DNA of 64,000 bases from an uncultured Bacteroidota bacterium (GTDB lineage: Bacteria; Bacteroidota; Bacteroidia; 2-12-FULL-35-15). This document shows, one piece after another, positions 29,205-39,353 of the stretch. The position numbers and the translations under genes were made by a program. The stretch spans positions 7,950-71,949 of the forward strand of contig CAVSHK010000024.1 in assembly GCA_963727705.1 (NCBI GenBank), read 5' to 3'. The notes beneath the pieces were generated by a model. It was not told the DNA's origin, ran no database searches, and was given only the letters and a program-made list of their open reading frames with translations. How positions within the stretch are numbered: position 1 is the stretch's first letter; every line of letters begins with the position of its first letter.

Positions 29205-29444
29205 TTATCCTCCCGCAAAGGGCGGTAAAAATGCTATTTCATCTCCATCATTTAATAGCTTATTTTCGTCCATCACTTGTTGGTTAACTGCTATTTTGTA
29301 TGTATAACTATTAAGCGAAGGATATTTTATTTTTAAAAACGAATGGAGAGAGCTTACATCTTTCGCATCAATAACATCAATGATTTGTTGCTTATCGTTT
29401 ACAATGTCTGATAAGGCTCCAAAAAAAAGTAATTTCAATTTCAT
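29205..29444 (-). CDS. moaD: molybdopterin synthase sulfur-carrier subunit MoaD
   Basis: 79 aa, ubiquitin-like, ending in ..DEIAFLPPFAGG (C-terminal Gly-Gly). Confidence 0.85.
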   Translation of the reverse strand: MKLKLLFFGALSDIVNDKQQIIDVIDAKDVSSLHSFLKIKYPSLNSYTYKIAVNQQVMDENKLLNDGDEIAFLPPFAGG

Positions 29445-30031
29445 TTTAGTTTCAATCTTAGTAAATCTTCGGGTGTGTTAATATTGGTAAGCGCCGTTGC
29501 GTTATCAAATTTAATAATCAAATGATTAAAATTAGTGATTACTTTATGCACTGAAAGCTGTTTAATATCAATGTATTCTTTCAACTTTTCTTTTATTTCG
29601 CTTTTATAATAACCACACAATGGTTCTGATTTATCATTTAGAGATGGAATTACCACTTGCTTGTTGTGTTTATTATTTATAATTACAGTTAACAATTCCA
29701 ATGAAACAAAAGGCATATCGCAGGCAACAATTATATTGTCCTGTGTTTTTGAATACGACAAACCTGTATAAATACCACCCAGAGGGCCACTGTCTTTAAC
29801 CAAATCCTTATAAACGGGAATCCCTGTGTAAGCATATGAATCAGTATTTGCAATTATTATAATTTCATCCGTTGTTTGTTTTAAAACCGCAATTACCAAA
29901 TCAATAAGTTTTCCGGTTGACGTTTCTGCCAATCCCTTATCATACCCCATCCTTGAGCTTTTGCCTCCTGCTAAAATAATTGCTGTGATTGGGTTTTCCT
30001 TTTTCAAATGAGTATCATTTTTAATCACCAT
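29441..30031 (-). CDS. mobA: molybdenum cofactor guanylyltransferase MobA
   Basis: 196 aa. ILAGGKSSRMG.DKG motif. Overlaps moaD and moeA by a few nt (operonic). Confidence 0.8.
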   Translation of the reverse strand: MVIKNDTHLKKENPITAIILAGGKSSRMGYDKGLAETSTGKLIDLVIAVLKQTTDEIIIIANTDSYAYTGIPVYKDLVKDSGPLGGIYTGLSYSKTQDNIIVACDMPFVSLELLTVIINNKHNKQVVIPSLNDKSEPLCGYYKSEIKEKLKEYIDIKQLSVHKVITNFNHLIIKFDNATALTNINTPEDLLRLKLK

Positions 30032-31218
30032 TTGTAAAATTCCAATACGGTATTTTCTTTTATCTCCATCATACTTTCAGGGTGTAAGGCAATTCCGTCA
30101 GAACCCAATGTAGCAGCGATGTCACCACTACCATTCATTTTTGAAGATGTGATACCTGTGTAATTATTTTTTACAAAAAATTTACACGGAAAATATTCGT
30201 CAAGTTTTGTTTTCTTTTTCTTTTCATTAAAAAGAGAAAGAAATAGTGGTTGAATAGCACCCAGCCCAAAACACTTACGAATAAAAGGCTCAATAAAGAC
30301 TTTAAACGCCACCTGCACCGAAACAGGATTTCCGGGCAAACCGAAAACAACGCCTCCACTTGGCATTGCACCAAACCACAAAGGAGCTCCGGGTTTTATT
30401 TTCACTCTGTGAAATATTTCTTTAATTCCCAATAATTGCAATACTTCCGGAATATAATCAGCCTCACCTTTTGAAACACCTCCCGAAAGAATTAAAATAT
30501 CTTTGTCCAACAATTTTTTAATTTCTTGTTTTAATATTTCTTTATCATCAACCACATGAATGGCTGTTACATCATGAATAACATATTGCTTTAAAAAGTT
30601 TTTTAATGCGTATGAATTTGAATCTCTTATCTGATATGGCAAAATCGGACGATCAACGGCTACAATTTCATTGCCTGTGGAAACAATTGCAACTTTGGGT
30701 AGTTGATGTACCTTCATCATTGCTTTTCCGGTAACAGCCAATACTGCTATTGCTGTTGCATCCAGCAACGTGTTTTTAGAAATAACCAAATCATCTTTTA
30801 TAGTATCTTCCGCCTGTTGTGCAATGTTTTGTTTTGGGGTAACGGTTTCAATTTTAAACCGAATTGTTCCATTGGTTTCCACGGTATCTTCCACTCTCAC
30901 CACAGCATCGGCTCCTTCAGGTACCGGAGCTCCCGTCATAATTTTAATGCAGTTACCTGAAGTTACATTATGAGTAGAAGTTTGTCCCGCAAAAATTGTT
31001 TCAATAAGATTTAATTGTATCGGTTCTTGTTTGTTGAAATCACTTGAAAGTACAGCATATCCATCCATTGCCGAACGATTAAAAGGAGGATAATCTCTAT
31101 CTGCAAAAACATCTTCGGCAAGCACTCTGTTAAAAGCATTATCGATTGAAATGCCTTCAACTCCAAAGCTTTTAGCAAATGAAAGAATTAACCCCTGTGC
31201 TTCTTTAACGGATATCAT
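30025..31218 (-). CDS. moeA: molybdopterin molybdenumtransferase MoeA
   Basis: 397 aa. PPFNRSAMDGYAV, IMTGAP.P.GADAVV, STGNE, ILSGGVSKGE.D. Confidence 0.9.
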   Translation of the reverse strand: MISVKEAQGLILSFAKSFGVEGISIDNAFNRVLAEDVFADRDYPPFNRSAMDGYAVLSSDFNKQEPIQLNLIETIFAGQTSTHNVTSGNCIKIMTGAPVPEGADAVVRVEDTVETNGTIRFKIETVTPKQNIAQQAEDTIKDDLVISKNTLLDATAIAVLAVTGKAMMKVHQLPKVAIVSTGNEIVAVDRPILPYQIRDSNSYALKNFLKQYVIHDVTAIHVVDDKEILKQEIKKLLDKDILILSGGVSKGEADYIPEVLQLLGIKEIFHRVKIKPGAPLWFGAMPSGGVVFGLPGNPVSVQVAFKVFIEPFIRKCFGLGAIQPLFLSLFNEKKKKTKLDEYFPCKFFVKNNYTGITSSKMNGSGDIAATLGSDGIALHPESMMEIKENTVLEFYKW

Positions 31219-31288
31219 ATTTTGCTTTACTATAAATTTACAAATACTTTTACAGTTTGATTATATCTCCATCTTACCCTTTCATCAA

Positions 31289-32236
31289 TTAATGATCGCC
31301 TCCTCTTAACATATTCCGTGCATGAAAAACCGCAGGTAGTATTGCTTCCAAAGATTCTCTTACTCCGTTTGAACTTCCCGGCAATGTTACAATTAAGCTG
31401 TGATTAATTGAACCGGCAACAGCTCTCGACATCATTGCAAGTGGTGTACGCATCTGTCCATAAGCACGCATGGCTTCAGTAATACCTTCTGCATCTCGCT
31501 CTATGATTGCCTTTACAGCTTCAACCGTTTTGTCACGAGGACCAAGCCCCGTGCCGCCTGTGGTAAAAATAAAAGGAATATCTTGTTTCACCCATTCTAA
31601 AATTTGCGCTTTTATTTGTTCCGGTTCGTCGGGTAATACTTTGTAGTCAACGGTTTCGGTATTATAGGTACTCAACATTTCTTTAATCATCAATCCCGAT
31701 TTATCTTGTCGTTTACCTGCAAACGTAGAATCCGAGCATACCAACACAGCAGCTTTTTGTTTGTTTTTTGTAAACTTTAATTTATCAGATTTGCCACCTG
31801 ACTTTTCTATTAGTTTAACAGAAGTAATTTCAAGTTCTTTATCATTCAATGGCTTTAGAAGATCGTAAATAGTCAGCGCACATACGGAAACGGCAGTTAA
31901 CGCTTCCATTTCAATGCCAGTTCTTCCTATTGATTTTGCTTCAATGGTAAGCATCACACCATAGTTGTTTTTAACAGAAAGTAAATCGGCAGATATTTGT
32001 GGTGTTAGTAATTCAAAATCAACAGTCATTCCATCAATGGAAACAGGATGGCAATGTGGAATAAGGTGTTGCGTGTTTTTAGCTGCTAGAAAACCTGCCG
32101 CCCTTGCTATATCAAACAAATTACCCTTTGGTAATTTGTTGTTTTTAATAAGATCAACAGTAGTTTCAGAACAAATAACAAATCCAACGGCCGTTGCTTT
32201 GCGTAATGAAATCTGTTTGGAGGTAATGTCTCTCAC
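31289..32236 (-). CDS. moaC: bifunctional cyclic pyranopterin monophosphate synthase MoaC fused to a MoaB/MogA-type domain
   Basis: The N-terminal half has MoaC motifs (KG.....AR.AG..AAK.T..LIP.CHP, GIEMEALTAVSV..LTIYD). The C-terminal half has the MoCF_biosynth motif TTGGTGLGPRD.T. Confidence 0.85.
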   Translation of the reverse strand: MRDITSKQISLRKATAVGFVICSETTVDLIKNNKLPKGNLFDIARAAGFLAAKNTQHLIPHCHPVSIDGMTVDFELLTPQISADLLSVKNNYGVMLTIEAKSIGRTGIEMEALTAVSVCALTIYDLLKPLNDKELEITSVKLIEKSGGKSDKLKFTKNKQKAAVLVCSDSTFAGKRQDKSGLMIKEMLSTYNTETVDYKVLPDEPEQIKAQILEWVKQDIPFIFTTGGTGLGPRDKTVEAVKAIIERDAEGITEAMRAYGQMRTPLAMMSRAVAGSINHSLIVTLPGSSNGVRESLEAILPAVFHARNMLRGGDH

Positions 32237-32370
32237 GTTATGTTTTATTTTAAATTAGTATTCGTAAAGATAGCATCAATAGTATCACTTTCAGATTGTT
32301 TACTGTGACCTATTTTTAAAAATAAACAAACATTATTTTGTTATTTCTATTTTGATAATTTTTTTAGAAA

Positions 32371-33246
32371 TCATTTGATTGCCTGTATTAATGGATTAAA
32401 TGCTTTGGAGGCAACCAACACTTTTTGTCCTATTTTAAAATCAGTAATTTCATCTTCGGTTGCAACAACCTTTACAATATTGCTTCCTAAAAGCACACTG
32501 ATAATATAAATCACATCGCTTTTTCTTATTTCAATAATTTCTCCGGTTAATTTAAACTTGTTACTTATTTTTTGTTCTGAAAAAACAATATTGGGTTTAC
32601 CTTCTTTTACTATTTTTCCTTTATCGAGTATAACAACCTTATCCGACAATTTATATAATTCCGGAAGGTGATGACTTACCAATATGGTAGTTAATTTATA
32701 GTGCTTATGAACTTTTAAAATATAATCTTGTAGTTTAAAACGCATTTCGTCATCGAGTGCCGAAAGAGGTTCATCCAACAAAAGAATTTTAGGTTGCCTT
32801 ACAATAGCCCTTGCCAAAGCCACACGTTGTTTTTGTCCACCAGATAAATAATGTGGCTTACTTTTTTGAAATGATTGTAGTTCCATCAATTCCAAAAGTT
32901 CTTCTATTATTTTTTTATCGTTATTCTTTTGCAAAGCAAACTCTAAATTTTCTCTTACCGTTAAGTTTGGGAACAAAGCAAAATCCTGAAAAACAAAGCC
33001 GATAGAACGTTTCTGTATTGGTAAATGATATTTTTTTTCTGAATCATCCCACACTTCAGCTTCCACTCTAATAACTGATTTGTCAGCATAAGTAAGACCC
33101 GCCAATATTCTAAGGATTGTTGTTTTACCTGCTCCTGAATTTCCGTAAAGTGATAAGAACTGCCCTCTCTCAATAGTAAATGAAACATCCATGGGCTCCT
33201 TACCCTGTGCTGTTTGTAACATTTTATGAGCATAAAAACTGATCAT
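32371..33246 (-). CDS. modC: molybdate ABC transporter ATP-binding protein ModC (with C-terminal TOBE-like domain)
   Basis: Walker A GNSGAGKTT, signature LSGGQKQRVALARA, Walker B LLLDEPLSALD, and a C-terminal ~70 aa TOBE-like tail. Confidence 0.85.
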   Translation of the reverse strand: MISFYAHKMLQTAQGKEPMDVSFTIERGQFLSLYGNSGAGKTTILRILAGLTYADKSVIRVEAEVWDDSEKKYHLPIQKRSIGFVFQDFALFPNLTVRENLEFALQKNNDKKIIEELLELMELQSFQKSKPHYLSGGQKQRVALARAIVRQPKILLLDEPLSALDDEMRFKLQDYILKVHKHYKLTTILVSHHLPELYKLSDKVVILDKGKIVKEGKPNIVFSEQKISNKFKLTGEIIEIRKSDVIYIISVLLGSNIVKVVATEDEITDFKIGQKVLVASKAFNPLIQAIK

Positions 33247-33920
33247 TAAACGAGCCTTGTTTTTTTTGATTTATTGTTAATCACATAAACCGTTAATAAA
33301 ATTAAAAATGTAAACACAAATAAAATTGCTGCATACACATTAGCATTATGGTAATTCATGGTTTGTACTTCGTCGTAAATGGCAATAGATACTACTCTTG
33401 TTTCTTTAGGAATACTTCCGCCCACCATTAATACAACACCGAATTCTCCTATGGTGTGTGCAAATGTCATTATAATTGCTGTTAACAAAGATGTGCGTAC
33501 GTTCGGTAAAAGAATTTTTATAAGAGTAGTAAATTTTGATTTCCCTAATGTGAAAGCTGCTTCCTGTAAAGAAGACGGTAAATTTTTTAATCCCGACAGA
33601 ATGGGATTTACCATAAAAGGTAAGCTATACAAAACAGATGCAACAATCAATCCTTGAAAAGAAAACACTAAACGTAAATTAAAATGTTCGCTCATAAATT
33701 TACCAAAAGTATTTTCAGGACTAAAAGCAATGAGTAAATAAAAACCCAATACAGAGGGCGGAAGCACTAAAGGTAAACTTATGATTGCTTCGATTACTAC
33801 TTTAAGTTTGAACCTGCTATATGCCAGCCAATAACATAAGGGTAAAGCAATAATCAACAAAATTAGTGTTGTAATTGACGCTAATTTAGCTGTCAGCCAT
33901 AATGGTTCTAAATCAATCAT
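33246..33920 (-). CDS. modB: molybdate ABC transporter permease ModB
   Basis: 224 aa, CysTW-family permease with the EAA loop (..LQEAAFTLG.S.....KI.LP). Confidence 0.85.
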   Translation of the reverse strand: MIDLEPLWLTAKLASITTLILLIIALPLCYWLAYSRFKLKVVIEAIISLPLVLPPSVLGFYLLIAFSPENTFGKFMSEHFNLRLVFSFQGLIVASVLYSLPFMVNPILSGLKNLPSSLQEAAFTLGKSKFTTLIKILLPNVRTSLLTAIIMTFAHTIGEFGVVLMVGGSIPKETRVVSIAIYDEVQTMNYHNANVYAAILFVFTFLILLTVYVINNKSKKTRLV

Positions 33921-34320
33921 TAGCAGATAAACTTATTTCGGTTGTTTTTACTAATGCCGTTATTGTATCCTTTTCTTTTAACTCCAGTTGTTTGCAAGCA
34001 TTATTCGTAATAATTGATTTTATTAACGTTTCGCCAAACAACAAATTTACCTGACTTAATAAAACACCAGTTTTTATTGATTGTACGATACATGGTATTC
34101 TATTTTGAACGCTAATATTCAAGTACATATCTTTTGAAATGATCACTTCTGTTTCTTTGAAAATAATTTTTATAGAATTCCCTTCTTTTAAATAGTCAGT
34201 TGTTTCAGTAGTATCCAGAACAATTGAAGTAAAAACAATACCCTCATCTGCTCTTACCTTAACCAATGATATTCCTTCATGCGACTTAATTTCAATGATT
34301 GTTCCGCTTAATATGTTCAT
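33913..34320 (-). CDS. molybdenum-pterin-binding (Mop / di-TOBE) protein
   Basis: 135 aa with two TOBE-like repeats (N.L.G.I..I......S.V.V......). Embedded between modA and modB. Confidence 0.7.
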   Translation of the reverse strand: MNILSGTIIEIKSHEGISLVKVRADEGIVFTSIVLDTTETTDYLKEGNSIKIIFKETEVIISKDMYLNISVQNRIPCIVQSIKTGVLLSQVNLLFGETLIKSIITNNACKQLELKEKDTITALVKTTEISLSAND

Positions 34321-35090
34321 TTAATTTTTTGGGTATAACCGTAATATGTTAAAATATCAATTGCCGTTGACGAAGATATAAAATCATAAAATTTAACAGC
34401 TGTTGCGTTTCCAATTGCGTGTTTCAATATCACACAACCTTGTTCTAAAGGCTGATGACTTTTTTCGGGAATGATATAATATTTTCCTCCTTCTTTTTGC
34501 ATAGCCGGACTGAGTGCCAACGACAGTGCTGTAATTCCGATATCTGCTGCACCAAATGTTACAAATTGTGCAGCTTGTGTAATGTTTTCGCCATACACCA
34601 ACTTGTTTTGGATTTTGTCATACACTTTATAATACTTCATGCTTTCTACTGCCTTTTCCCCATAAGGTGCAGTTGCCGGGTTAGCAATTGAAACTTTATT
34701 GATACCTGCATTCAACAAAGAGTTCATTTGCTTTTCGTTAGGGTCAGTTTTTTTGCTCCATATTACAAGTTGTCCTATTGCATACAATTTAACATCAGAA
34801 ACAGTAAGTTTTTTCTGCTTTAATTTATTCGGGTATTCCATATCAGCTGAAAAGAAAATATCAAACGGAGCGCTGTTTGAAATTTGTTCAAACAGTTTTC
34901 CTGAAGCACCATAAGTAATCTCAACATCCGAATTTGGATTCTGAATTTTAAAAACAGATGCAATTGAATCTAATGCCACCTTTAAATTTGCCGCTGCCAC
35001 AATGCTTATTTTTTGTCCTGATTGTGCAATCGAAAACCCCGATAGAATGAGAAGGAATATTATCGAATAAATTGATTTTTTGGTTTTCAT
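34317..35090 (-). CDS. modA: molybdate ABC transporter substrate-binding protein ModA
   Basis: 257 aa with a signal peptide. ...AAANL..AL......F......V...YGASG.L..QI..GAPFD.F.SAD pattern. Confidence 0.85.
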   Translation of the reverse strand: MKTKKSIYSIIFLLILSGFSIAQSGQKISIVAAANLKVALDSIASVFKIQNPNSDVEITYGASGKLFEQISNSAPFDIFFSADMEYPNKLKQKKLTVSDVKLYAIGQLVIWSKKTDPNEKQMNSLLNAGINKVSIANPATAPYGEKAVESMKYYKVYDKIQNKLVYGENITQAAQFVTFGAADIGITALSLALSPAMQKEGGKYYIIPEKSHQPLEQGCVILKHAIGNATAVKFYDFISSSTAIDILTYYGYTQKIK

Positions 35091-35198
35091 TAGTTGTAAA
35101 ATTAATGCATGGTTCCTTAAATAGGAACCTGAATTTATTTCTTTTTTTTATAATGAATCACGGTATAAATATACATTGATCCGGTCAAGATGAATTAA

Positions 35199-35753
35199 TT
35201 ATTTAAACATGAAAATAAACTGCACATTACCACCAACAGATGCAGGAGTTGTGATACCATTGTCTTCACCAAAACGGACCGGAAGTGATAACGAGATGGC
35301 ATAAATGACATCTTTTGTTCTCATTATAACTTTGTTGAAAACCGGAGTAAATCCATACCGCCCCGATGTTTCAAAAGCAAGCCGGGTTATTATCATAAAG
35401 CCATGTTTGAAACGGAACATAGTACCCGGGTCGAACACTAAATTACTCATCTTACTTGTATTGCCGCTTACTTTTATGGTTGGGGTAATTTCATAGCTGA
35501 AACCGAACTTTTCGTTGTAAAAAACATTGATCCCTACAGGAAACCCTATTTTTGTAGTACCATTTGTAAAATCAGCGTTTGAGCCGGATTGCTTATAAAA
35601 AAAATTAACAGCAGGAATAATAAAACTAACATAGCCGACGACATTTTTGGAAACAGGTGGTGAAGATTGTATTGAATCTTTTTGGGCTAAAGCAATATTT
35701 ACATTAATAAATAAAGCAATAGCACAGGCAACTGCAAAGATGTTCTTTTTCAT
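35199..35753 (-). CDS. small secreted protein, probable 8-10-stranded outer-membrane beta-barrel, function unknown
   Basis: 184 aa with signal peptide MKKNIFAVACAIALFINVNIALA. Alternating hydrophobic pattern and a C-terminal ..VQFIFMFK. Sits between the modE-like gene and modA. Confidence 0.45.
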   Translation of the reverse strand: MKKNIFAVACAIALFINVNIALAQKDSIQSSPPVSKNVVGYVSFIIPAVNFFYKQSGSNADFTNGTTKIGFPVGINVFYNEKFGFSYEITPTIKVSGNTSKMSNLVFDPGTMFRFKHGFMIITRLAFETSGRYGFTPVFNKVIMRTKDVIYAISLSLPVRFGEDNGITTPASVGGNVQFIFMFK

Positions 35754-35941
35754 GATTTTGTTTTATAGTTAAATGAATGATTATTTGTTTTGATTAGCCA
35801 CAGATAAGTTATTTTTCTAGTTAAGGAGGTATTCGTAGTGGATTGATGGTAAGTTGCGATAACGAAATAGATAATAGTAATTTTGTTTTCATTTTTTATT
35901 TTTTCAATATGTTTTTATAAGCATACTGATAGTTAAAAAAA

Positions 35942-36292
35942 TTAAAATTTAATTTTACTCGATTCTTTGTTCACAAAATCGTTTATTTTTTTTTCTACAG
36001 AATAAAAGGTCTTAATCGCTTTCTTTCCGGCATCTGTTAGCCTTGCTCCTCCCCCGCCTTTCCCTCCAAGTATTTTTTCTACCAACGGTTCTTGTGCTTG
36101 TTTATTCATATCCTCAACCAATTGCCATGCCTGACGATAGGACATTTTCATTTCTTTTGCCGCATTAGTTATAGAGCCCATTTCCCCAATATGTTCAAGT
36201 AACCACACTCTTCCTATACCTAAAAATGGGCCGTTTGTTTCATCAATCCACATTCTAACCCTAATCGAATATTTTTTATTTTTAGCCATCAA
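35942..36292 (-). CDS. ModE-N-terminal-like winged-helix regulator (HTH only, no Mop domains)
   Basis: 116 aa. G.....LL..I...GSI..AAK.M.MSYR.AW..V..MN........V....GG..GGGA.LT..G is the ModE N-domain pattern. Confidence 0.75.
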   Translation of the reverse strand: MMAKNKKYSIRVRMWIDETNGPFLGIGRVWLLEHIGEMGSITNAAKEMKMSYRQAWQLVEDMNKQAQEPLVEKILGGKGGGGARLTDAGKKAIKTFYSVEKKINDFVNKESSKIKF

Positions 36293-36350
36293 TCACTATT
36301 CTTTAAAAAACACACTGTAAATGTAAACGATTTTTTCACTTACTAAACTT

Positions 36351-36692
36351 CTAATTTTTTCTTCCCACATTTACAAAAACAACCCCGTCTTCCACCTTTA
36401 CCGGATAGGTTTTAATTACAAAATCATCACCGCTCAAACATTTACCATCAATAAGAGAAAAATTACGTTTGTGAAATGGACATGCCACTTTAGGTTCACC
36501 ATTCTTATCGCCTATCATACCACGTGAAAGAATCATTTCTTTGCGGTGCGGACATAAATTTTGTGTTGCGTACCATTCGTTACGTGAAGTAAAATTAAAA
36601 ATGGCTATTTGCTCCTCCTTATATTTTATACAGGCTCCTCCTTCCTTAGGAATGTCGCTTGTTTTTGCAACCTTAATCCAGTTTGTTTCCAT
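36351..36692 (-). CDS. nirD: assimilatory nitrite reductase small subunit NirD (Rieske-like)
   Basis: 113 aa. ..I.....W.A....CPH.......G......CP.H...F.L..G.C. Confidence 0.85.
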   Translation of the reverse strand: METNWIKVAKTSDIPKEGGACIKYKEEQIAIFNFTSRNEWYATQNLCPHRKEMILSRGMIGDKNGEPKVACPFHKRNFSLIDGKCLSGDDFVIKTYPVKVEDGVVFVNVGRKN

Positions 36693-36832
36693 ACGTTTAG
36701 TTTGATTTAACCCTAATTCCTTTTCAACACAAAAGGAGAATGGCTTAATAGTTCTATTAATTTAAATAAGTATAACAAGCCGGCAGAAAATGTTCCACTA
36801 TTTAAACCAACAAAATAATGAAACACTTCTTA

Positions 36833-39322
36833 TTACCAGCTTGTCAATGGGTTTATTTGTTCTCTTACTCTAGTAAATTTTATGCTTGTATCAGGCTCTT
36901 CCGTATTAGCAAAAGCATTGAATTTTTTTCTTTTTTCAGGATCAACAACCACCTCCTTCCATTCACATTTAAACGTATCAACCACTTGTTGCATTTCTTT
37001 TTCCCATTCTTCACATTTACCCAATACATCATTAATAACAACGTTTTTTAAGTGTTCGATGCCGCCTTCTAAATTGCTTAACCAAACAGAAGTACGGGTT
37101 AAGGGATTAGCCGTATGCGTATAAAACATCAACATCCGGTCAATATATTTAATACAGGTTTCTTTATCAATATCCGCGGCTAATAACTCGGCGTGTTGCG
37201 GTTTAGCACCTCCGTTGCCGCATACGTATAAAGTCCAACCCTTATCAGTTGCGATAATTCCGAAATCTTTGGAACGGGCTTCGGCACATTCTCTGATGCA
37301 ACCGGATACCGCCGATTTTAATTTATGTGGTGCCCTGAATCCTTTATACCGTTCTTCTATTTCTATGGCGAAGGATACAGAATCTTGTACACCATATCTA
37401 CACCAGGAGGAGCCAACACAACTTTTAACAGTACGCAACGCTTTACCATAAGCATGTCCGCTTTCGAAACCATAAGCGATCAATTCTTCCCATATTACAG
37501 GAAGTTGATCTACTCGCGCACCAAATAAGTCAATACGCTGTCCACCGGTTATCTTACAATACAAGTTGTATTTTTTTGCAATGGAACCAAGAGCAATTAA
37601 TTTATCAGCAGTTATTTCTCCGCCCGGAACGCGAGGAACAATAGAATAAGTCCCGCCCTTTTGAATATTCGCCAAAAAGCGGTCGTTGGTATCCTGAATA
37701 GTATCTTGTTTTATGATAACATCATTCCAGGCACTCGCCAGCATAGATGCTACTGCCGGCTTGCATACTTCACAGCCATTTCCTTTTCCATGTTTGTGAA
37801 GTAAGTCAGTGTAGGTTTTAATATTCTCCAACTTTATAAAATCATATAGCTCCTGACGGGTGTAATTAAAATGCTCACAAATGATGTTTCTGACTATTTT
37901 GCCTTCTGCTTTCATTGCAGCATTGTACAAATCGTTGAGCATCGGAATACAACCACCGCACCCTGTTCCTGCTTTAGTGCATGTTTTAATGGCAGGAACT
38001 CCATCTAATTCGTTTTCTTTTATGGCTTTACATAAATCACCCTTGGTAACACTTTCGCATGAACAGATAATCGCTTCATCCGGTAACTGAAGCACTCCTG
38101 CGCCACTCTCGCTCCCACCTCCTCTTGCTCCCAAAATTAAATCTTCAGTATTAGGAGGAAGTGCCATTCCATTTTTACAAATCTGTAAAAGCATATTATA
38201 ACTTTCGGCATCTCCCACTAAAATTCCGCCTAATAAACGTTTACCGTCTTTTGAAACATTAATGCGTTTATAGGTTCCTTTTATTTTATCTTCAAAAACA
38301 ATACTATTGTGTTTTTCGGAATCACCAAAGGCATCACCAAAACTGGCAACTTCTACTCCAATCAACTTTAATTTTGTTGACATGTCATAAGCTGAAAAGG
38401 TTTTACTGCCACCTAACAGATTGGTAGCAACCACATCTGCCATTTCGTATCCGGGAGCAACTAACCCGTATATCATTCCATTGTAAAGGGCAACTTCACC
38501 AATCGCATAAACATCAGGAGCTGATGTTTGCAAATTGTCATCCACAACAATACCTCCCCGTACTCCCGTTTTTAATCCTATATTTTTTGCAAGTTCATCA
38601 CGCGGTTTTATACCGGCAGATACCACTACCATATCAACTGCTATTTCTTTCCCGTCTTCAAATACCAACTTTGTTACAGCGTCTTCTCCACCAACAAAAG
38701 AAGTATTGGCTTTTAGGTTCACTTTTAAATTTAGTTCTTCTATTTTATTTTTAAGCATTTCAGAACCTGCATCGTCCAGTTGACGGGGCATCAATCGTGG
38801 GGCAAATTCAATCACTTCTGTTTCTATATTCAGGTCAAGCAAGGCTTTTGCAGCTTCTAATCCGAGTAATCCACCGCCTATAACCGCCCCACGTTTTGCT
38901 TTTTTTGCGTAAGCAGTAATTGCTTCTAAGTCTTCAATGGTTCTGTAAACAAAAACGCCGGCTTTATTTATCCCTTCAATTGACGGAACAAAAGGAGCAG
39001 AACCGGTGGCAAATATTAACTTATCATAATCAACAATATGTCCTTTATGAGTAATTACTTTTTTGTTATTCAAATCCACATCAGATACTAATTCTCCTAA
39101 ATATAACTTAATACCATTATCTGTATACCAGTTAATGGGAGCCATTGAAAAATCATCCGCAGACTTACCATTAAAAAACTCACTTAAGTGAACACGGTCA
39201 TATGCTGGAAGGTATTCTTCTCCAAAAATGGCAATATCTAATGGAGTACCCCCTTTTTTTGAGACTAGTTTTTCGCAAAACTTATATCCAACCATTCCGT
39301 TACCTATAATTACTATTTTCAT
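36833..39322 (-). CDS. nirB: NAD(P)H-dependent assimilatory nitrite reductase large subunit NirB
   Basis: 829 aa. MKIVIIGNGMVG (FAD), GAVIGGGLLGLE (NAD), a BFD-like CSCESV..C..CGGC, and the siroheme/4Fe-4S region SCVGSSWC....SGCIRECAEA..KD. Confidence 0.95.
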   Translation of the reverse strand: MKIVIIGNGMVGYKFCEKLVSKKGGTPLDIAIFGEEYLPAYDRVHLSEFFNGKSADDFSMAPINWYTDNGIKLYLGELVSDVDLNNKKVITHKGHIVDYDKLIFATGSAPFVPSIEGINKAGVFVYRTIEDLEAITAYAKKAKRGAVIGGGLLGLEAAKALLDLNIETEVIEFAPRLMPRQLDDAGSEMLKNKIEELNLKVNLKANTSFVGGEDAVTKLVFEDGKEIAVDMVVVSAGIKPRDELAKNIGLKTGVRGGIVVDDNLQTSAPDVYAIGEVALYNGMIYGLVAPGYEMADVVATNLLGGSKTFSAYDMSTKLKLIGVEVASFGDAFGDSEKHNSIVFEDKIKGTYKRINVSKDGKRLLGGILVGDAESYNMLLQICKNGMALPPNTEDLILGARGGGSESGAGVLQLPDEAIICSCESVTKGDLCKAIKENELDGVPAIKTCTKAGTGCGGCIPMLNDLYNAAMKAEGKIVRNIICEHFNYTRQELYDFIKLENIKTYTDLLHKHGKGNGCEVCKPAVASMLASAWNDVIIKQDTIQDTNDRFLANIQKGGTYSIVPRVPGGEITADKLIALGSIAKKYNLYCKITGGQRIDLFGARVDQLPVIWEELIAYGFESGHAYGKALRTVKSCVGSSWCRYGVQDSVSFAIEIEERYKGFRAPHKLKSAVSGCIRECAEARSKDFGIIATDKGWTLYVCGNGGAKPQHAELLAADIDKETCIKYIDRMLMFYTHTANPLTRTSVWLSNLEGGIEHLKNVVINDVLGKCEEWEKEMQQVVDTFKCEWKEVVVDPEKRKKFNAFANTEEPDTSIKFTRVREQINPLTSW

Positions 39323-39345
39323 TTTGAATAGTTTTTATTTTTTTA

Positions 39346-39353
39346 CAAAAATA
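39346..39353 (-). promoter_or_regulatory. -7 promoter box TATTTTTG (minus strand) for nirBD
   Basis: The + strand CAAAAATA is the reverse complement of TAnnTTTG. It lies 24 nt upstream of the nirB ATG. Confidence 0.45.

Noticed and set aside
35754-35941. Looked for a Moco riboswitch upstream of the mod/moa operons (also 32237-32370 and 46056-46069)
   Set aside because: The regions are AT-rich. I could not find the conserved GC-rich Moco-motif blocks as I remember them (CCGAGCC / GGAAAGG / CCUCC-type). The only CCTCC is isolated.
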